The position numbers and the translations under genes are program-made. Under the pieces are notes generated by a model. That model saw nothing but the letters and a program-made list of their open reading frames with translations. It had not been told where the DNA came from and did no database searches. A DNA stretch of 64,000 nt from an uncultured virus (IMG/VR IMGVR_UViG_3300037466_001780) (lineage: Duplodnaviria > Heunggongvirae > Uroviricota > Caudoviricetes): the IMG/VR virus record IMGVR_UViG_3300037466_001780; one strand, written 5' to 3'. This document shows positions 19,101 to 27,961 of this stretch, in pieces; the stretch's first letter is position 1; every line of letters begins with the position of its first letter.

Positions 19101-22100
19101 TTGTCGAGATACCAGCGTCCGTAAGGGACGAATGGGTTTACGACGGAGCCTTTTTCTAGTTGCGGGAGCAACTTCGATACGTCGTCGGGAACGTTGGTTG
19201 AAGTTGGATTATTACTCAGACGAATCTTTACTTTTGCCGTATTTGCGGCTGTCGTGAATGTTCCCGAAGGCGCAAAAGCTGTTCCTTGCACTACAAAAGT
19301 GCCGTCGCTTTGATACTCAAAAACGGTAATCGAACCCCCGTTTGAACTAACGGAATATTGCGTGTTTGGTTGAACCGGGATGAGGTTAATCGTTCTAATT
19401 CGAGAAGTTGTACTTGCGTTATTGCCGCTTGAATCATAACTGCCTTGCTCCCACGCATCCACCGTTGTCGGGCAAAGATTCTCCACAAAATTCGGGTACG
19501 AATCCACATACGGGAACAACGCACCGATCTTATCCCCGCCAGTCCAGTTCGGGTCAACGTCGATTAGGTTGTAGGTGGCTTGGTCGATTTCGTATAAGCG
19601 GAATCCGTCATAGTTCGCCTTGTCGTTTACACTTGCGGGAGTTAAAACGATGTTCAAAGCCCCGCTGGTATATTGGAACTTTTGATAGCCCACGACCCAT
19701 TGCCCTGTCGCGCTTGTGGTAAGGGTGCTGTATCCACCTTGCAAGGCAAAGTTAGCGGTACTGATTCCATAATTCGTCGAAGCCCCGGATTGAAGATAAC
19801 TTTCACCAACAAAAACATAATACTTTCCGCTGGTGAGAAGCGAGTCGATCGCCATAGCGACGGTAGAAGTTCCTGCCGACGTTCTTTGAAGTTGTTGCGA
19901 CGATTTTCCGTATTTGAAAATTGAAGTTGAAATGGACTTCGTTATAAAACTATTTGTGCCTTGGAAACTGAATCCGTCAGCTACGCCGTCGCTGTTAGAA
20001 TCAACTTCAAAACTACCTAGTAATCCGAACTTGTTAGACAAATCCACGCTCGTTCCATCAGCCCGCTTAACCGCCGTGCTGTTGAGTGTTTGCGCCGGCC
20101 CAAGCGGAGCCCTCCGAAGACCGTAAACGTCCTTTTGCGCCAGTTTCGTATCCTTGGTCGTCAGCGCACCGCGCATAAGACTGTCGAACGCAGACTCCGT
20201 TTCCATCCCCGGCATAAAGTTAACCGGAATCCGATGCCGAAGGTCGATAATGTCCGATGCGTCGATGATGTTGGAGTAAAGGCCGTCGGGACGGTCGGAT
20301 AGAAGGCTCCACGTACCCGTGCCGATGCTTGCTTGTGTTGTTTGGTCAGTATTAATATTTTGAACCGTAATTTTATTGCTTCCGTCTTTTGAAAGCACAA
20401 GAATACGGTGAGCAGTTGTAACGGCAAAATTATGAATAATGTCCCCAACTTGAATATTGTTGTAGTCAGTGGTTGCAACGGTAATTTGTTGCGTTTGCCC
20501 ATATGCCAAAGACGGAGAAAATGTTACTGATTGCGTAGTTTGGTAATAATCCCTTGCACCGTTCAGATTATCCCGCCGATACCCGCCGCTGTTACGGCGC
20601 TTGATGCGGAAAAGGGGAATCGCGTAAACGTATCCGTCATTTGTGGCGAGGGTGGTTTTAGCTGTGCTGGAACCGTCGCCAGCGATATAGAGGCCGATGT
20701 CATCTGTGAAGATTTTCTTGCCTGTGTTCGATGAAATAGCGCGTAAAGGCGTGCCATAAAATGCAGAATCCGAACCCCCGGTTTCCCAAGCCGTCTTGAC
20801 TATCGGTGCCGCATTTCCACCTTGTGCTGTAACGTCCCACCCGGATAAACCTGATGCTCCGCTTGCACCCAAACCTTCTGGGTTTCGCCCAAAATCCACG
20901 CCATCGACCACGCGAATACGCCAAGACATGGTAACCGGAGTGTTGGTCGGAAAATAGGCTTCCAAGAATACCAAATCTTCGCGATACCCATACGTCGGCG
21001 GGGCTGAAAGGGCTTGCGTAATGACAGCCGAATTTGTGATCTTGAAGCCGTTCAAAATTGCAGCGAATTTGCCGAGATAGAACGTATTCGCAACAGTTGC
21101 GCTTGTTCCGACCGCACCGTTCGCCGGGGAAGTCGTTGCGCTGATAACTGAAGAATAATCATAAACGCCCGACATATTGCGCGTCCGTTCGTAGTCTGCC
21201 CGAGCCGTATTAACTGCAACAGCCTCGGATACAGTTCCCGCGCCGATTGCGCCGTTCAGCGTTGCGTACACAATATCAATGGCATTTTGAGCGTTACCAG
21301 CACCGGGAACATTGCCTGCATACGTGTGATTCGCCGCGCTTTTTGCGTCGGTTGCCAATTTTGCCAGCGTGACCGCTTCGCTTGCGATTTCAGCCGTGCC
21401 AACCGCACCGTCTGCGATTTCGGACGAACCGACCGCGCCGGGCGCGATTTTCGCTGCTGTCACCGAATCGTTTGCCAGTTGAGACGTGCCAACGGCTTCA
21501 TCGGCAATCGCCGCCGTTACGACCGCTTTCGCGCCGATTTTCGTCGAAGTAACCGACGCCGGAGCCAGCTTATTGCCGTCAACGTTGCCGTCCATAATCT
21601 TATCAGCCGTAACCGCATTGATAGCAATCGCGTTGTTTACAACTGAAGAAGCCGCCATTTTGCTTGCCGTTACCGATCCGTCGGCAATTTTGGCCGTTCC
21701 TACCGCGCCATCGGCCAGTTTCGTTGCACCTACTGCGCCGTCTAAGATTTCCGTGGAAGTGACCGCGTTCGGAGCCAATTCGGAAGTGCCTACAGCATCG
21801 GCTTGAATAGCCGCAGAGCCAACGGCGTCTGTGGCTATTTTTGCCGCCGTAACCGCGCCGTCTGCGATCTTAATTGTGGTTACGTTGCCATCGGCAATCT
21901 TGACCGTTGTGACCGAAGAATCCGTTATCGCCGCCGTGTTAACAGCGTTCGCCGCGAGGCTTGCCGCGATTGTCAGCACATCGCCGGAAAGGGACAGCGT
22001 AATGCTCGTTCCTTCACGGAATTTAATACTATTCACCGCTGCATCGAGCGTTGCCGTGGCCTTGGTCGTGCCGTCGGCGTTTTGCACGATAAACGACTTC

Positions 22101-22225
22101 GCAAGGCGGGCGTAGTTGTCGTTGATTGCGGTTACGAGCGTTGTTCGATCCTGCTCGTACTCGCTTTCGTGCATCGTTTCGCCGTCGTTCCAGTTCTTTA
22201 GGCTGTTAATATCGATTTGTGCCAA
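16181..22225 (-). CDS. large tail fibre / receptor-binding protein (2014 aa), apparently chimeric
   Basis: N-terminal 10-aa IADGAVTxAK repeats, carbohydrate-binding-like modules, duplicated xGKVxGSTxxxPH...DYVxL domain; follows the nozzle gene. Confidence 0.85.
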   Translation of the reverse strand: MAQIDINSLKNWNDGETMHESEYEQDRTTLVTAINDNYARLAKSFIVQNADGTTKATATLDAAVNSIKFREGTSITLSLSGDVLTIAASLAANAVNTAAITDSSVTTVKIADGNVTTIKIADGAVTAAKIATDAVGSAAIQADAVGTSELAPNAVTSTEILDGAVGATKLADGAVGTAKIADGSVTASKMAASSVVNNAIAINAVTADKIMDGNVDGNKLAPASVTSTKIGAKAVVTAAIADEAVGTSQLANDSVTAAKIAPGAVGSSEIADGAVGTAEIASEAVTLAKLATDAKSAANHTYAGNVPGAGNAQNAIDIVYATLNGAIGAGTVSEAVAVNTARADYERTRNMSGVYDYSSVISATTSPANGAVGTSATVANTFYLGKFAAILNGFKITNSAVITQALSAPPTYGYREDLVFLEAYFPTNTPVTMSWRIRVVDGVDFGRNPEGLGASGASGLSGWDVTAQGGNAAPIVKTAWETGGSDSAFYGTPLRAISSNTGKKIFTDDIGLYIAGDGSSTAKTTLATNDGYVYAIPLFRIKRRNSGGYRRDNLNGARDYYQTTQSVTFSPSLAYGQTQQITVATTDYNNIQVGDIIHNFAVTTAHRILVLSKDGSNKITVQNINTDQTTQASIGTGTWSLLSDRPDGLYSNIIDASDIIDLRHRIPVNFMPGMETESAFDSLMRGALTTKDTKLAQKDVYGLRRAPLGPAQTLNSTAVKRADGTSVDLSNKFGLLGSFEVDSNSDGVADGFSFQGTNSFITKSISTSIFKYGKSSQQLQRTSAGTSTVAMAIDSLLTSGKYYVFVGESYLQSGASTNYGISTANFALQGGYSTLTTSATGQWVVGYQKFQYTSGALNIVLTPASVNDKANYDGFRLYEIDQATYNLIDVDPNWTGGDKIGALFPYVDSYPNFVENLCPTTVDAWEQGSYDSSGNNASTTSRIRTINLIPVQPNTQYSVSSNGGSITVFEYQSDGTFVVQGTAFAPSGTFTTAANTAKVKIRLSNNPTSTNVPDDVSKLLPQLEKGSVVNPFVPYGRWYLDKDYLANGHMVQSGTLSTFHYEGINGGNFNGQRIAYGDPQQSITVVDVVDPTWNGVNRPKHVIPTQATSGVWAIGDTIKIHSDYGGITGATAGFSKILEDKTGVTSPTTIKVSDVSKFTASDHVTRFDGVSTYTVTDLTVDSVDSTNSTATLSWTGGAGLNFVSGTYLLETSSSLPTVTATGIAGTWSGLGTKDATYTITTAPTTNTSNITITYAVNYPAGKGLPQVATDILKAAVNGDELLAANTVSVKANFAGKVSGSTDLVPHTLKGIITTTSLTPSPGGTEVSQANYNNAFALDGTLATTSRATLNDVSQHVFQFDLIRAIEDKYGEIPADGTASKKTWLTNNITQISCTWNGYGSGLAGNKAYVAEWINGAWNASPASHTNGTVTSLTRNNTVISSVVDSNGFYYALAYADASDGVTASTINTDYVELSITLKTSAVSAFDSTTEASGFTTLQPTNPFPVLSENLLTQNQAFPVDLGSASDFNIAGGTPSIYSNGVVKVTGASSNSTYFSCVVPIVTGTTYAGSADVINPNGSAISVTINIAGGNPVTTSIPANSTVRVKTAWTATTTSSSSSLRFYEATGSEFRLRNIKYQIASTATEWTPGRKKKVTLNYLGKVAGSTVENPHRSLYADASTFGAPSTFTLQATQTEYDNASKQDGVLTTLTSTTNSNYAQRLYEFDLSHLGMTTAQLKAAIRSLAVTVVAYGSGDNGGVLTNGATLKAWKGSWSTSGDTLYGTNTASSPATISQTTTSNTYIDNNQKVYVLVHSTYPAGTNPSNIFTDYVKLDVTLSEAVDYVKSNIVKVNPSTRTIKFFFPAKSQKYLGNGGDVDQVALWYRYIPKQNDTTVGTPDKDLTKPSTFYATTLGTGGLTTENNYLLYQILSSTSDYAGQSLNSFITNGTKMYQFETYDLKATKPSIVFPYVVYAYKLVVKNGQLYLRIMYKESKNLGSYVDLTQTIDFPISGRPLIKV
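21345..21960 (-). repeat. 30-bp-period coding repeat (WIAG-tail-like decapeptides)
   Basis: about twenty IADGAVTAAK-like units in the translation. Confidence 0.8.
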
Positions 22226-22240
22226 TTTGACACTTCCTTT

Positions 22241-24217
22241 CTATGGCTTCGTCAGCCTAAATTCCAATCCGAAACCGAAAAACTCACATTGATTTCCATT
22301 TCCGCCCCGGATGTGGAACCGGACACGGCGACATTTGCCGCGAATTGCCGTTTTTTGGACTGAAATATTGACTTCCCCGAAGGGAGATTTGCCCATGAGC
22401 CATGTACCGAATGTTGTGCCTGCATAAAATTGGAAATTCGGTGTTGTTGTCGTCTGCCAAACGACGTAACCGTTCTCGTCGATTACCGCTTGTCCGGAAT
22501 CCGGCGTCAGGATAACCGCTGAATCCGCTTGGATCGTAACGTAAAAATCGACGTTATGGCTGTTATAGTGCTTGGCGAGAGCATACAACTTCTTCAGTTT
22601 CTTGTAGTTGAATGAGGCTGAAAGATCGAGTGCTTTGGTTTCTATGACCATATCATACAACTCGCCCGCATCGGTGTAAACATCATAATCGTGCATATAG
22701 AGATTACCGTTTACGGTCAGATTGTAGGCGTCCTCACCATAGAGCAAAAACTGAACAATATCGAGTTTGTTGGTCGCATCCTTCGACCAAACTCCGGATT
22801 CGTAATAGTACCGATAGATTGTTTTCTTCTGCGGGAAACAAATCCAGTACATCGAATCCGTCACAATTGCGCAGGCATCTTCATCTGTCGGCATTTCCGA
22901 TTTAACCGACTGGTCGATTCTGGCGACGTTCATCGTTTCCAGCCGATAGGGGTTTGGTTTCAGCGCTTGAATCCCTTCATGCGAGAGGAAATAGATGTTG
23001 TTGCCTACTACCTGTGCCGTTCGCCCGGCGATACAGCCGATACCGTCGTGAATCTGAAAACGTTGGTAATCGTCTCCTGATTTCCCGACAAGGGTTTGGA
23101 TAGTTGTCTTTGTAAAGACAACTAACATGTTTTGAAACCGGACAGCAGCGGTAATCGGTTCCTGCTTCCCCGTATCGAACGTGATCGTATTCGATACCGG
23201 GTAGTAGCGCGGGTTCGATAGATCTGAAATATACATTTGGTAGGGATACTTATCGTCGCCATAGAGCAAAATTCGATCCCAATGGAGCAGGATGTGCCTG
23301 CACTTGGACAACGCATCGACAGGTGTGGAAGACGAATTGTCGGCAACAGCTTTTACCGTAAATCCGACTAGCACATAGATTTGCGTCGATACCGGGGTCG
23401 TGGCATCCCCCGTTTTCCGTACCGTTACGCGAATATCGTAATCCGTGGCTGAAACGAAATTGAACGTTTCGGACGACTCGGAAGCGGTGAAGTCCTTTTG
23501 AACGGCGTATGTCGAATCGGAGGACTTTTTAAACTCCCATTTATAATCAATCGTGCCGACGTAACTTGAAGGAACATTGACGAACGCGGTCATTTCGATT
23601 GGTGTATTAATGGCCCCGAAGCGGGTTTGCGGCTTAATGCCGATAGCTTCGACGTTTGCCGTAACCGAAACACCGTTTTGAATGTAGTTATCCGGGTCGG
23701 GAGCCAGTCCATTCGTGCCGATGTAAATCGCTTCCATTACAGTCGGTGTGTACGGCACAACGACTTGCGCTGTCCAGCCGGAATCATAAGTTACTTCGAC
23801 CAGTTTTGTCCCGGTTGCAACGTATAGGGTTTCTTTATATTGAACAGCCTCAACCGATAGGCTGGACTGAAAGGTAAACGGGGAGCCGCCATCGGTAATC
23901 GGAATTTCCGTCGCCGTGGAAGAACCGTTCTCTTTTACGTACAGACGGCCGCCAACAGCGAGAATGATGTCTGGATAAGACTGTCCGGAACGGTAATAGA
24001 AGAAAACACCTTGCGCTGTACCTGCCTGCGTTAAAATACTCGTCCTACCATAACGAAGCCTTGCCGAACCGCGTCCCGAAAGGTCGGCGTTGAGCAAGGT
24101 GGACATTTCGTTATTTTTGAGATTTTCGTTCGTAACTTCTGTATTTAAACCGCCCGAGAAGTCTAGGAAAGATTCAAAGACTTTCTGTGACGGATCGACG
24201 TTAATGTTCTGACGCAT
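22241..24217 (-). CDS. tail nozzle / head-closure protein (P22 gp10 or T7 tail tubular B-like)
   Basis: DFSGGLN N-terminus, beta-propeller-like GCIAGRT...IYFLSHEGI; position after adaptor. Confidence 0.75.
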   Translation of the reverse strand: MRQNINVDPSQKVFESFLDFSGGLNTEVTNENLKNNEMSTLLNADLSGRGSARLRYGRTSILTQAGTAQGVFFYYRSGQSYPDIILAVGGRLYVKENGSSTATEIPITDGGSPFTFQSSLSVEAVQYKETLYVATGTKLVEVTYDSGWTAQVVVPYTPTVMEAIYIGTNGLAPDPDNYIQNGVSVTANVEAIGIKPQTRFGAINTPIEMTAFVNVPSSYVGTIDYKWEFKKSSDSTYAVQKDFTASESSETFNFVSATDYDIRVTVRKTGDATTPVSTQIYVLVGFTVKAVADNSSSTPVDALSKCRHILLHWDRILLYGDDKYPYQMYISDLSNPRYYPVSNTITFDTGKQEPITAAVRFQNMLVVFTKTTIQTLVGKSGDDYQRFQIHDGIGCIAGRTAQVVGNNIYFLSHEGIQALKPNPYRLETMNVARIDQSVKSEMPTDEDACAIVTDSMYWICFPQKKTIYRYYYESGVWSKDATNKLDIVQFLLYGEDAYNLTVNGNLYMHDYDVYTDAGELYDMVIETKALDLSASFNYKKLKKLYALAKHYNSHNVDFYVTIQADSAVILTPDSGQAVIDENGYVVWQTTTTPNFQFYAGTTFGTWLMGKSPFGEVNISVQKTAIRGKCRRVRFHIRGGNGNQCEFFGFGLEFRLTKP

Positions 24218-24221
24218 TTAT

Positions 24222-24800
24222 TCACCCCCAACTTGGGTAAAATGCCGGAGCATAGGAGTATTCGGAATTGATCTCCCATTGTGCGGTAACTTTGTCGCCT
24301 TCGGTTGCAGCCGTTTCGAGCGTAAATATAGTCGGTACGTCGCCAAACTCAAAACTTGCAAGTTGCCCATTTACATACACTTTGAGATTGCCGTATGGGT
24401 AACTGTAATCGTTCTTCGTAATTGTGAAGTCGGTTTGCCCGGCCGTCGCCGTAAACTGTTGAACGTTCGATGTACGTAAATATTGCACCGGAGGATCGTA
24501 ATTTTCGGTGAAGTTCCGGATACCGTCGCTGAACTGCGACATGTAACTTTCCTTCTCCCGAACAGCCGAATCTTTCGACTTGAACATCGCGGCCGCATAG
24601 TAGACCGGAATCTCATGATACTTGCTATCGAAAACGAACGTGTCGGTCATGTCCGAGGACTTGACGACATCGGGAAACTCGCAATTCACTTCGACAGCCA
24701 TCAAATCCTTGCCCCGATTGAGCAGAGAAATGATCGTGTCGGTGTCCTCTACATCGTCGATATAAAGGTTAACGAGATTCACCATTTGGGACAGTTGCAT
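24222..24800 (-). CDS. head-tail adaptor (P22 gp4-like)
   Basis: YHEIPVYYAA motif; position between capsid and nozzle. Confidence 0.65.
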   Translation of the reverse strand: MQLSQMVNLVNLYIDDVEDTDTIISLLNRGKDLMAVEVNCEFPDVVKSSDMTDTFVFDSKYHEIPVYYAAAMFKSKDSAVREKESYMSQFSDGIRNFTENYDPPVQYLRTSNVQQFTATAGQTDFTITKNDYSYPYGNLKVYVNGQLASFEFGDVPTIFTLETAATEGDKVTAQWEINSEYSYAPAFYPSWG

Positions 24801-24806
24801 TTACCG

Positions 24807-25082
24807 TCACCCTTTCTTAGCACCGCCGAGTTTCGACGCCGTCGTAGCAGCACCCGCGATTTGTCCGTTTGTAACCACACTGCTACCAATCGAACCGGAA
24901 GGATCGCCGCTTGTTATCTTAACGTTTATAGCTTCCGTTAAAGCTGCATTAGATTTCACAACCGGAGGCTGAATAAGTTTTTCCAGCAAGGCGTTCGTTT
25001 TCCGCTGTTCTTCAATCAGCGTATATATCATTTGATCCTGCCGGGTTCCGAGTATGCCAAATTCTTCGGTTTTCATCGTCAT
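24807..25082 (-). CDS. hypothetical virion-module protein
   Basis: AAGGAG SD, in operon. Confidence 0.6.
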   Translation of the reverse strand: MTMKTEEFGILGTRQDQMIYTLIEEQRKTNALLEKLIQPPVVKSNAALTEAINVKITSGDPSGSIGSSVVTNGQIAGAATTASKLGGAKKG

Positions 25083-25092
25083 TTCTCCTTTG

Positions 25093-25126
25093 AAAAAGCC
25101 CCCTATCTGCTAGGGACAGGGGGCTT
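25093..25126 (-). terminator. terminator after the major capsid gene
   Basis: aagccccct...agggggctt with a T tract on minus. Confidence 0.75.
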
Positions 25127-25135
25127 AATTATTTA

Positions 25136-26020
25136 TTACGGATTTGCACCGAGGATTCCGCGATGATCGCTCCAACCTACAGAGAATCTTGTGCGGCCTT
25201 TATACTTCGCTTGGTCGGTATCGAAATCGGTCGTAGACTTGAAGTTCAAGCGTTCCCGCCAGAAGAAGTTCAACTGGTGAAGCTGGCTGTCCAGCAGGAA
25301 CCAGTTGTCAGCGTCCGTTAGGTAGTCGAGAACAACGACATTGAAACGGCCCTTCATCGGGTTAATATCGTTGTTGTTCGTTCCCGGCAACTGAACGGAT
25401 TTCGCAATCTTTTCAGCCGTGAACTCCAATGCACCCGGAACAATCAGCGTATCGACATTCATTTGGATTTTCAGGCCACGCTCGTCTACTTGCTCGCGTG
25501 CCAATTTGAAAGCAATTTCCAAGTTGGCTTCCGATAGTGCCAGCGCACCGATGGAGTTGGTAGACGTGCCGCCGTCGAGCCGCTTATGCGTGGCAGAAAT
25601 AAGTGCTTCGCCTTTGTAAGCCTTCGGGTCGGCTGTAAAGGCGTTGTTCAAAATTGCAGCAGCTTTCGTTTCAATCGTAGCGCGTGCAGCACGGGCAAGA
25701 GCCTTCGGCATTTTGTTGATTTGGGTGTACTGTTCGTCATCGACCAGTTCCTTTTCAACAATGAAGCCTTTGGAGAAGGTCGTATGCTTGTACTGCACGA
25801 TGTCCGTATCGGTCGGGTCTTCGTATTGCGTGGAATCCGTCGTTCCCTTGGCATCCCACATCGAGAATCCGCCCATCCGGAGGTCGGTTTCAATCGCCTT
25901 TTTGGACGACATTACATTGAAAACGCGGCTGTATTGCTCCGGTTTTTCCTTGTAAGTTTCGAAGAAAATCTTACGCAGGCCCGGTTCAAGAAGTTTCGAA
26001 AAATTACCGGAATGAAGCAT
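25136..26020 (-). CDS. major capsid protein (Mu gpT-like, HK97 fold)
   Basis: LLEPGL, ELVDDEQY, LIVPGALE, YLTDADNWFL and DFDT...RFSVGWSDHRG motifs. Confidence 0.88.
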   Translation of the reverse strand: MLHSGNFSKLLEPGLRKIFFETYKEKPEQYSRVFNVMSSKKAIETDLRMGGFSMWDAKGTTDSTQYEDPTDTDIVQYKHTTFSKGFIVEKELVDDEQYTQINKMPKALARAARATIETKAAAILNNAFTADPKAYKGEALISATHKRLDGGTSTNSIGALALSEANLEIAFKLAREQVDERGLKIQMNVDTLIVPGALEFTAEKIAKSVQLPGTNNNDINPMKGRFNVVVLDYLTDADNWFLLDSQLHQLNFFWRERLNFKSTTDFDTDQAKYKGRTRFSVGWSDHRGILGANP

Positions 26021-26036
26021 CGTTTATCCCCCTCCC

Positions 26037-26459
26037 TTATACTAATTGACGGCCAGTAATGACCACTTCGTAGTTGCCGTTCGAAAGCGCGCCTACGACT
26101 TTAACAAGCGCGTTGGTTGTAACAGCGGCGTTCAAGATATAGTCGCCCGAGGACAACGTAATCGGATAGCCTGTGCCGACAACCGGAGTACCGCCCGTTA
26201 CCGTCATTTCGTAAACAGCATTCGCAGCCGAGCGAACTTTACCCGTAGTGGTCGTGTCAGCCGTGATTTTAACATTCGGGCCAAGGTAAACGCCAAGAAC
26301 GGAAGTATCGTTAGAAGCAGCCGCAACAACATCGCCAGCACCATTCAGCTTTACGATGTCGCCACGTTTTGCGGTCGTGGCATAAGTCGCATCCAGTTTA
26401 AAATCACGTACCGGATGGGCAGCGTCACCGCCGCCAAGCATACGACGAAATTCGATCAT
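26037..26459 (-). CDS. capsid decoration/cement protein
   Basis: small beta-rich protein (RGDIVKL, VLGV) between scaffold and capsid. Confidence 0.7.
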   Translation of the reverse strand: MIEFRRMLGGGDAAHPVRDFKLDATYATTAKRGDIVKLNGAGDVVAAASNDTSVLGVYLGPNVKITADTTTTGKVRSAANAVYEMTVTGGTPVVGTGYPITLSSGDYILNAAVTTNALVKVVGALSNGNYEVVITGRQLV

Positions 26460-26473
26460 TTGTCAGGCTCCTT

Positions 26474-27319
26474 TCACATTTTGTATTTAAGGTAATCCGC
26501 CTCCGAAATCCCCATGTTTCTTGCCATGGCTCTTTCTTCAGCCGTAAGTCCGTCCGCCGTGCTGGATTTGCTTCCAGTTCCCGGCGTTACCGGGCTTGCT
26601 TTCCGTCCGGATATTTCAGCCAACGCCTCTTGTTTTGCAAGATCGCGGCTTGCTTGAATGATCTTCTTCCCATGAAGCGCATAGACCGCATCTTCCAGCG
26701 GAGCGTCCGGGTTCTGAAGCACCTGAAGAAGATGTACCTTTGCCGCGTCGATATCCTCTTGCGAAAGCATCGGAAAGTCCTTTTGGATCGTCGATGCTTC
26801 CGAATCAACGCGCCGCTGCCAGCTATCAAATTGCGATTGGTACAGTTGTTGTTCCAACTGCTGAATCTTCGCGTCCTGTTCTTTCTGACGCTGAAGGTAT
26901 TCAACTGACACCCCCGACTTTTCGGCTTCACGCTGAAGTGCCGCTTGTTGCACTTGCTGCAACATGACTTCGGGCGTTGTACCGTAGAGGTCGGCTAACT
27001 GCTTGGCCAGTTTAAATTCAGAAGATTGTTCCAACTGTTCCCGCAACTGACGCTGCCTGCGTTCTTCTGCAAATTTCGCATTTTCTTCCGGTGTTTGAAC
27101 CTTCTTCTCGGGTTCCGGTTCCGGCTCGGGGGCTGGTTCCGGTTCCTTTGCTTCCGGTTCGGGTTCAGGATCACCGTACTCCGGGCCTGTTTGATCGTCG
27201 TCGTCGCTATCTAGGGTGTAATCGTCGTCGGTAAGTTCGGCGTCGTTATCGTCCATGTCGATAAGTCCGTCACCGTCAGCGAAATTTTGAAGGTTCATTC
27301 GAAGCAGAAATTTTTTCAT
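26474..27319 (-). CDS. capsid scaffolding protein
   Basis: MNLQNFAD start, acidic PE repeats, coiled coil, LTAEERAMARNMGISEADY C-terminus. Confidence 0.85.
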   Translation of the reverse strand: MKKFLLRMNLQNFADGDGLIDMDDNDAELTDDDYTLDSDDDDQTGPEYGDPEPEPEAKEPEPAPEPEPEPEKKVQTPEENAKFAEERRQRQLREQLEQSSEFKLAKQLADLYGTTPEVMLQQVQQAALQREAEKSGVSVEYLQRQKEQDAKIQQLEQQLYQSQFDSWQRRVDSEASTIQKDFPMLSQEDIDAAKVHLLQVLQNPDAPLEDAVYALHGKKIIQASRDLAKQEALAEISGRKASPVTPGTGSKSSTADGLTAEERAMARNMGISEADYLKYKM

Positions 27320-27423
27320 ATCCAGACTCCCTTTCCCTTTTTGCGCGTGGGACGCGAAGATTTAGGCTTGTGGACTTGGCTTTTTGCGGAGCCACCCGGC
27401 GTACAAGCCTATTTTCAGGCAAC

Positions 27424-27452
27424 AGTTTACAAGAAGTTGTATGCCCTGTCAA
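27424..27452 (-). promoter_or_regulatory. sigA-type promoter for scaffold/capsid
   Basis: TTGACA-17-TAAACT on minus. Confidence 0.65.
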
Positions 27453-27462
27453 TATTATTTTC

Positions 27463-27492
27463 GAATACACGTATCGGTTTTAGGGTATAATA
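27463..27492 (+). promoter_or_regulatory. sigF/sigG-like promoter for the hydrolase gene
   Basis: GAATA-15-GGGTATAATA, close to B. subtilis sigF GYATA-15-GGnnAnAHTR. Confidence 0.5.
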
Positions 27493-27515
27493 CAATCTGA
27501 AGAAAGGATGGTGTT

Positions 27516-27865
27516 GTGCCTTCAGCGGTAGAGTCCATATTTACTTCGGTTTGATGATATATGTAATGCTGTGGCAAGGCGGGATCGTTTTTAACCCCAT
27601 CGCCTTTGCGATAGGGTGCATTTTTCCGGATGTGGATCATCACAAGTCCCCCGCAGGAAAAGTTATGCCTTTATGGCATTGGTTCCGGCATCGCGGGTTC
27701 GTGCATTCGATTCCGGGGATGGCAGTATCGGCGTTGCCAATACTGCTCATTTGGGGCTGGAAAATGGCCCTGTCGTTTGCGGCCGGATTTTTCATTCACT
27801 TGGCCCTCGATTCATGCACCCCGAGCGGAATTGAATGGTTCCAAAAACCAAAGAGCCGTCACTAG
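27516..27865 (+). CDS. membrane metal-dependent hydrolase (YdjM/DUF457-like); 5' end apparently frameshifted
   Basis: FPDVDH, HRGFVHS and HLALDSCTPSG motifs; first His (GRVH) lies upstream of the called TTG and out of frame with the SD-linked GTG. Confidence 0.75.
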
Positions 27866-27961
27866 GACGGCTCTTTTCCGCGTTCCTTGCCCTTACCCGT
27901 TCGCGGTACGGGGGAGGATGGAACTATACAGGGCAGGAACCCGCTGTTCGGCCTGCCGGAA

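Noticed and set aside
16181..22225. Diversity-generating retroelement or shufflon acting on the tail fibre
   Set aside because: No reverse transcriptase, no near-identical TR/VR pair and no invertase with inverted cassettes; the duplicated domains are old and diverged
16857..26931. Numerous antisense and alternate-frame ORFs in the track over structural genes
   Set aside because: Shadows of long GC-balanced genes, lacking SD sites and recognisable motifs
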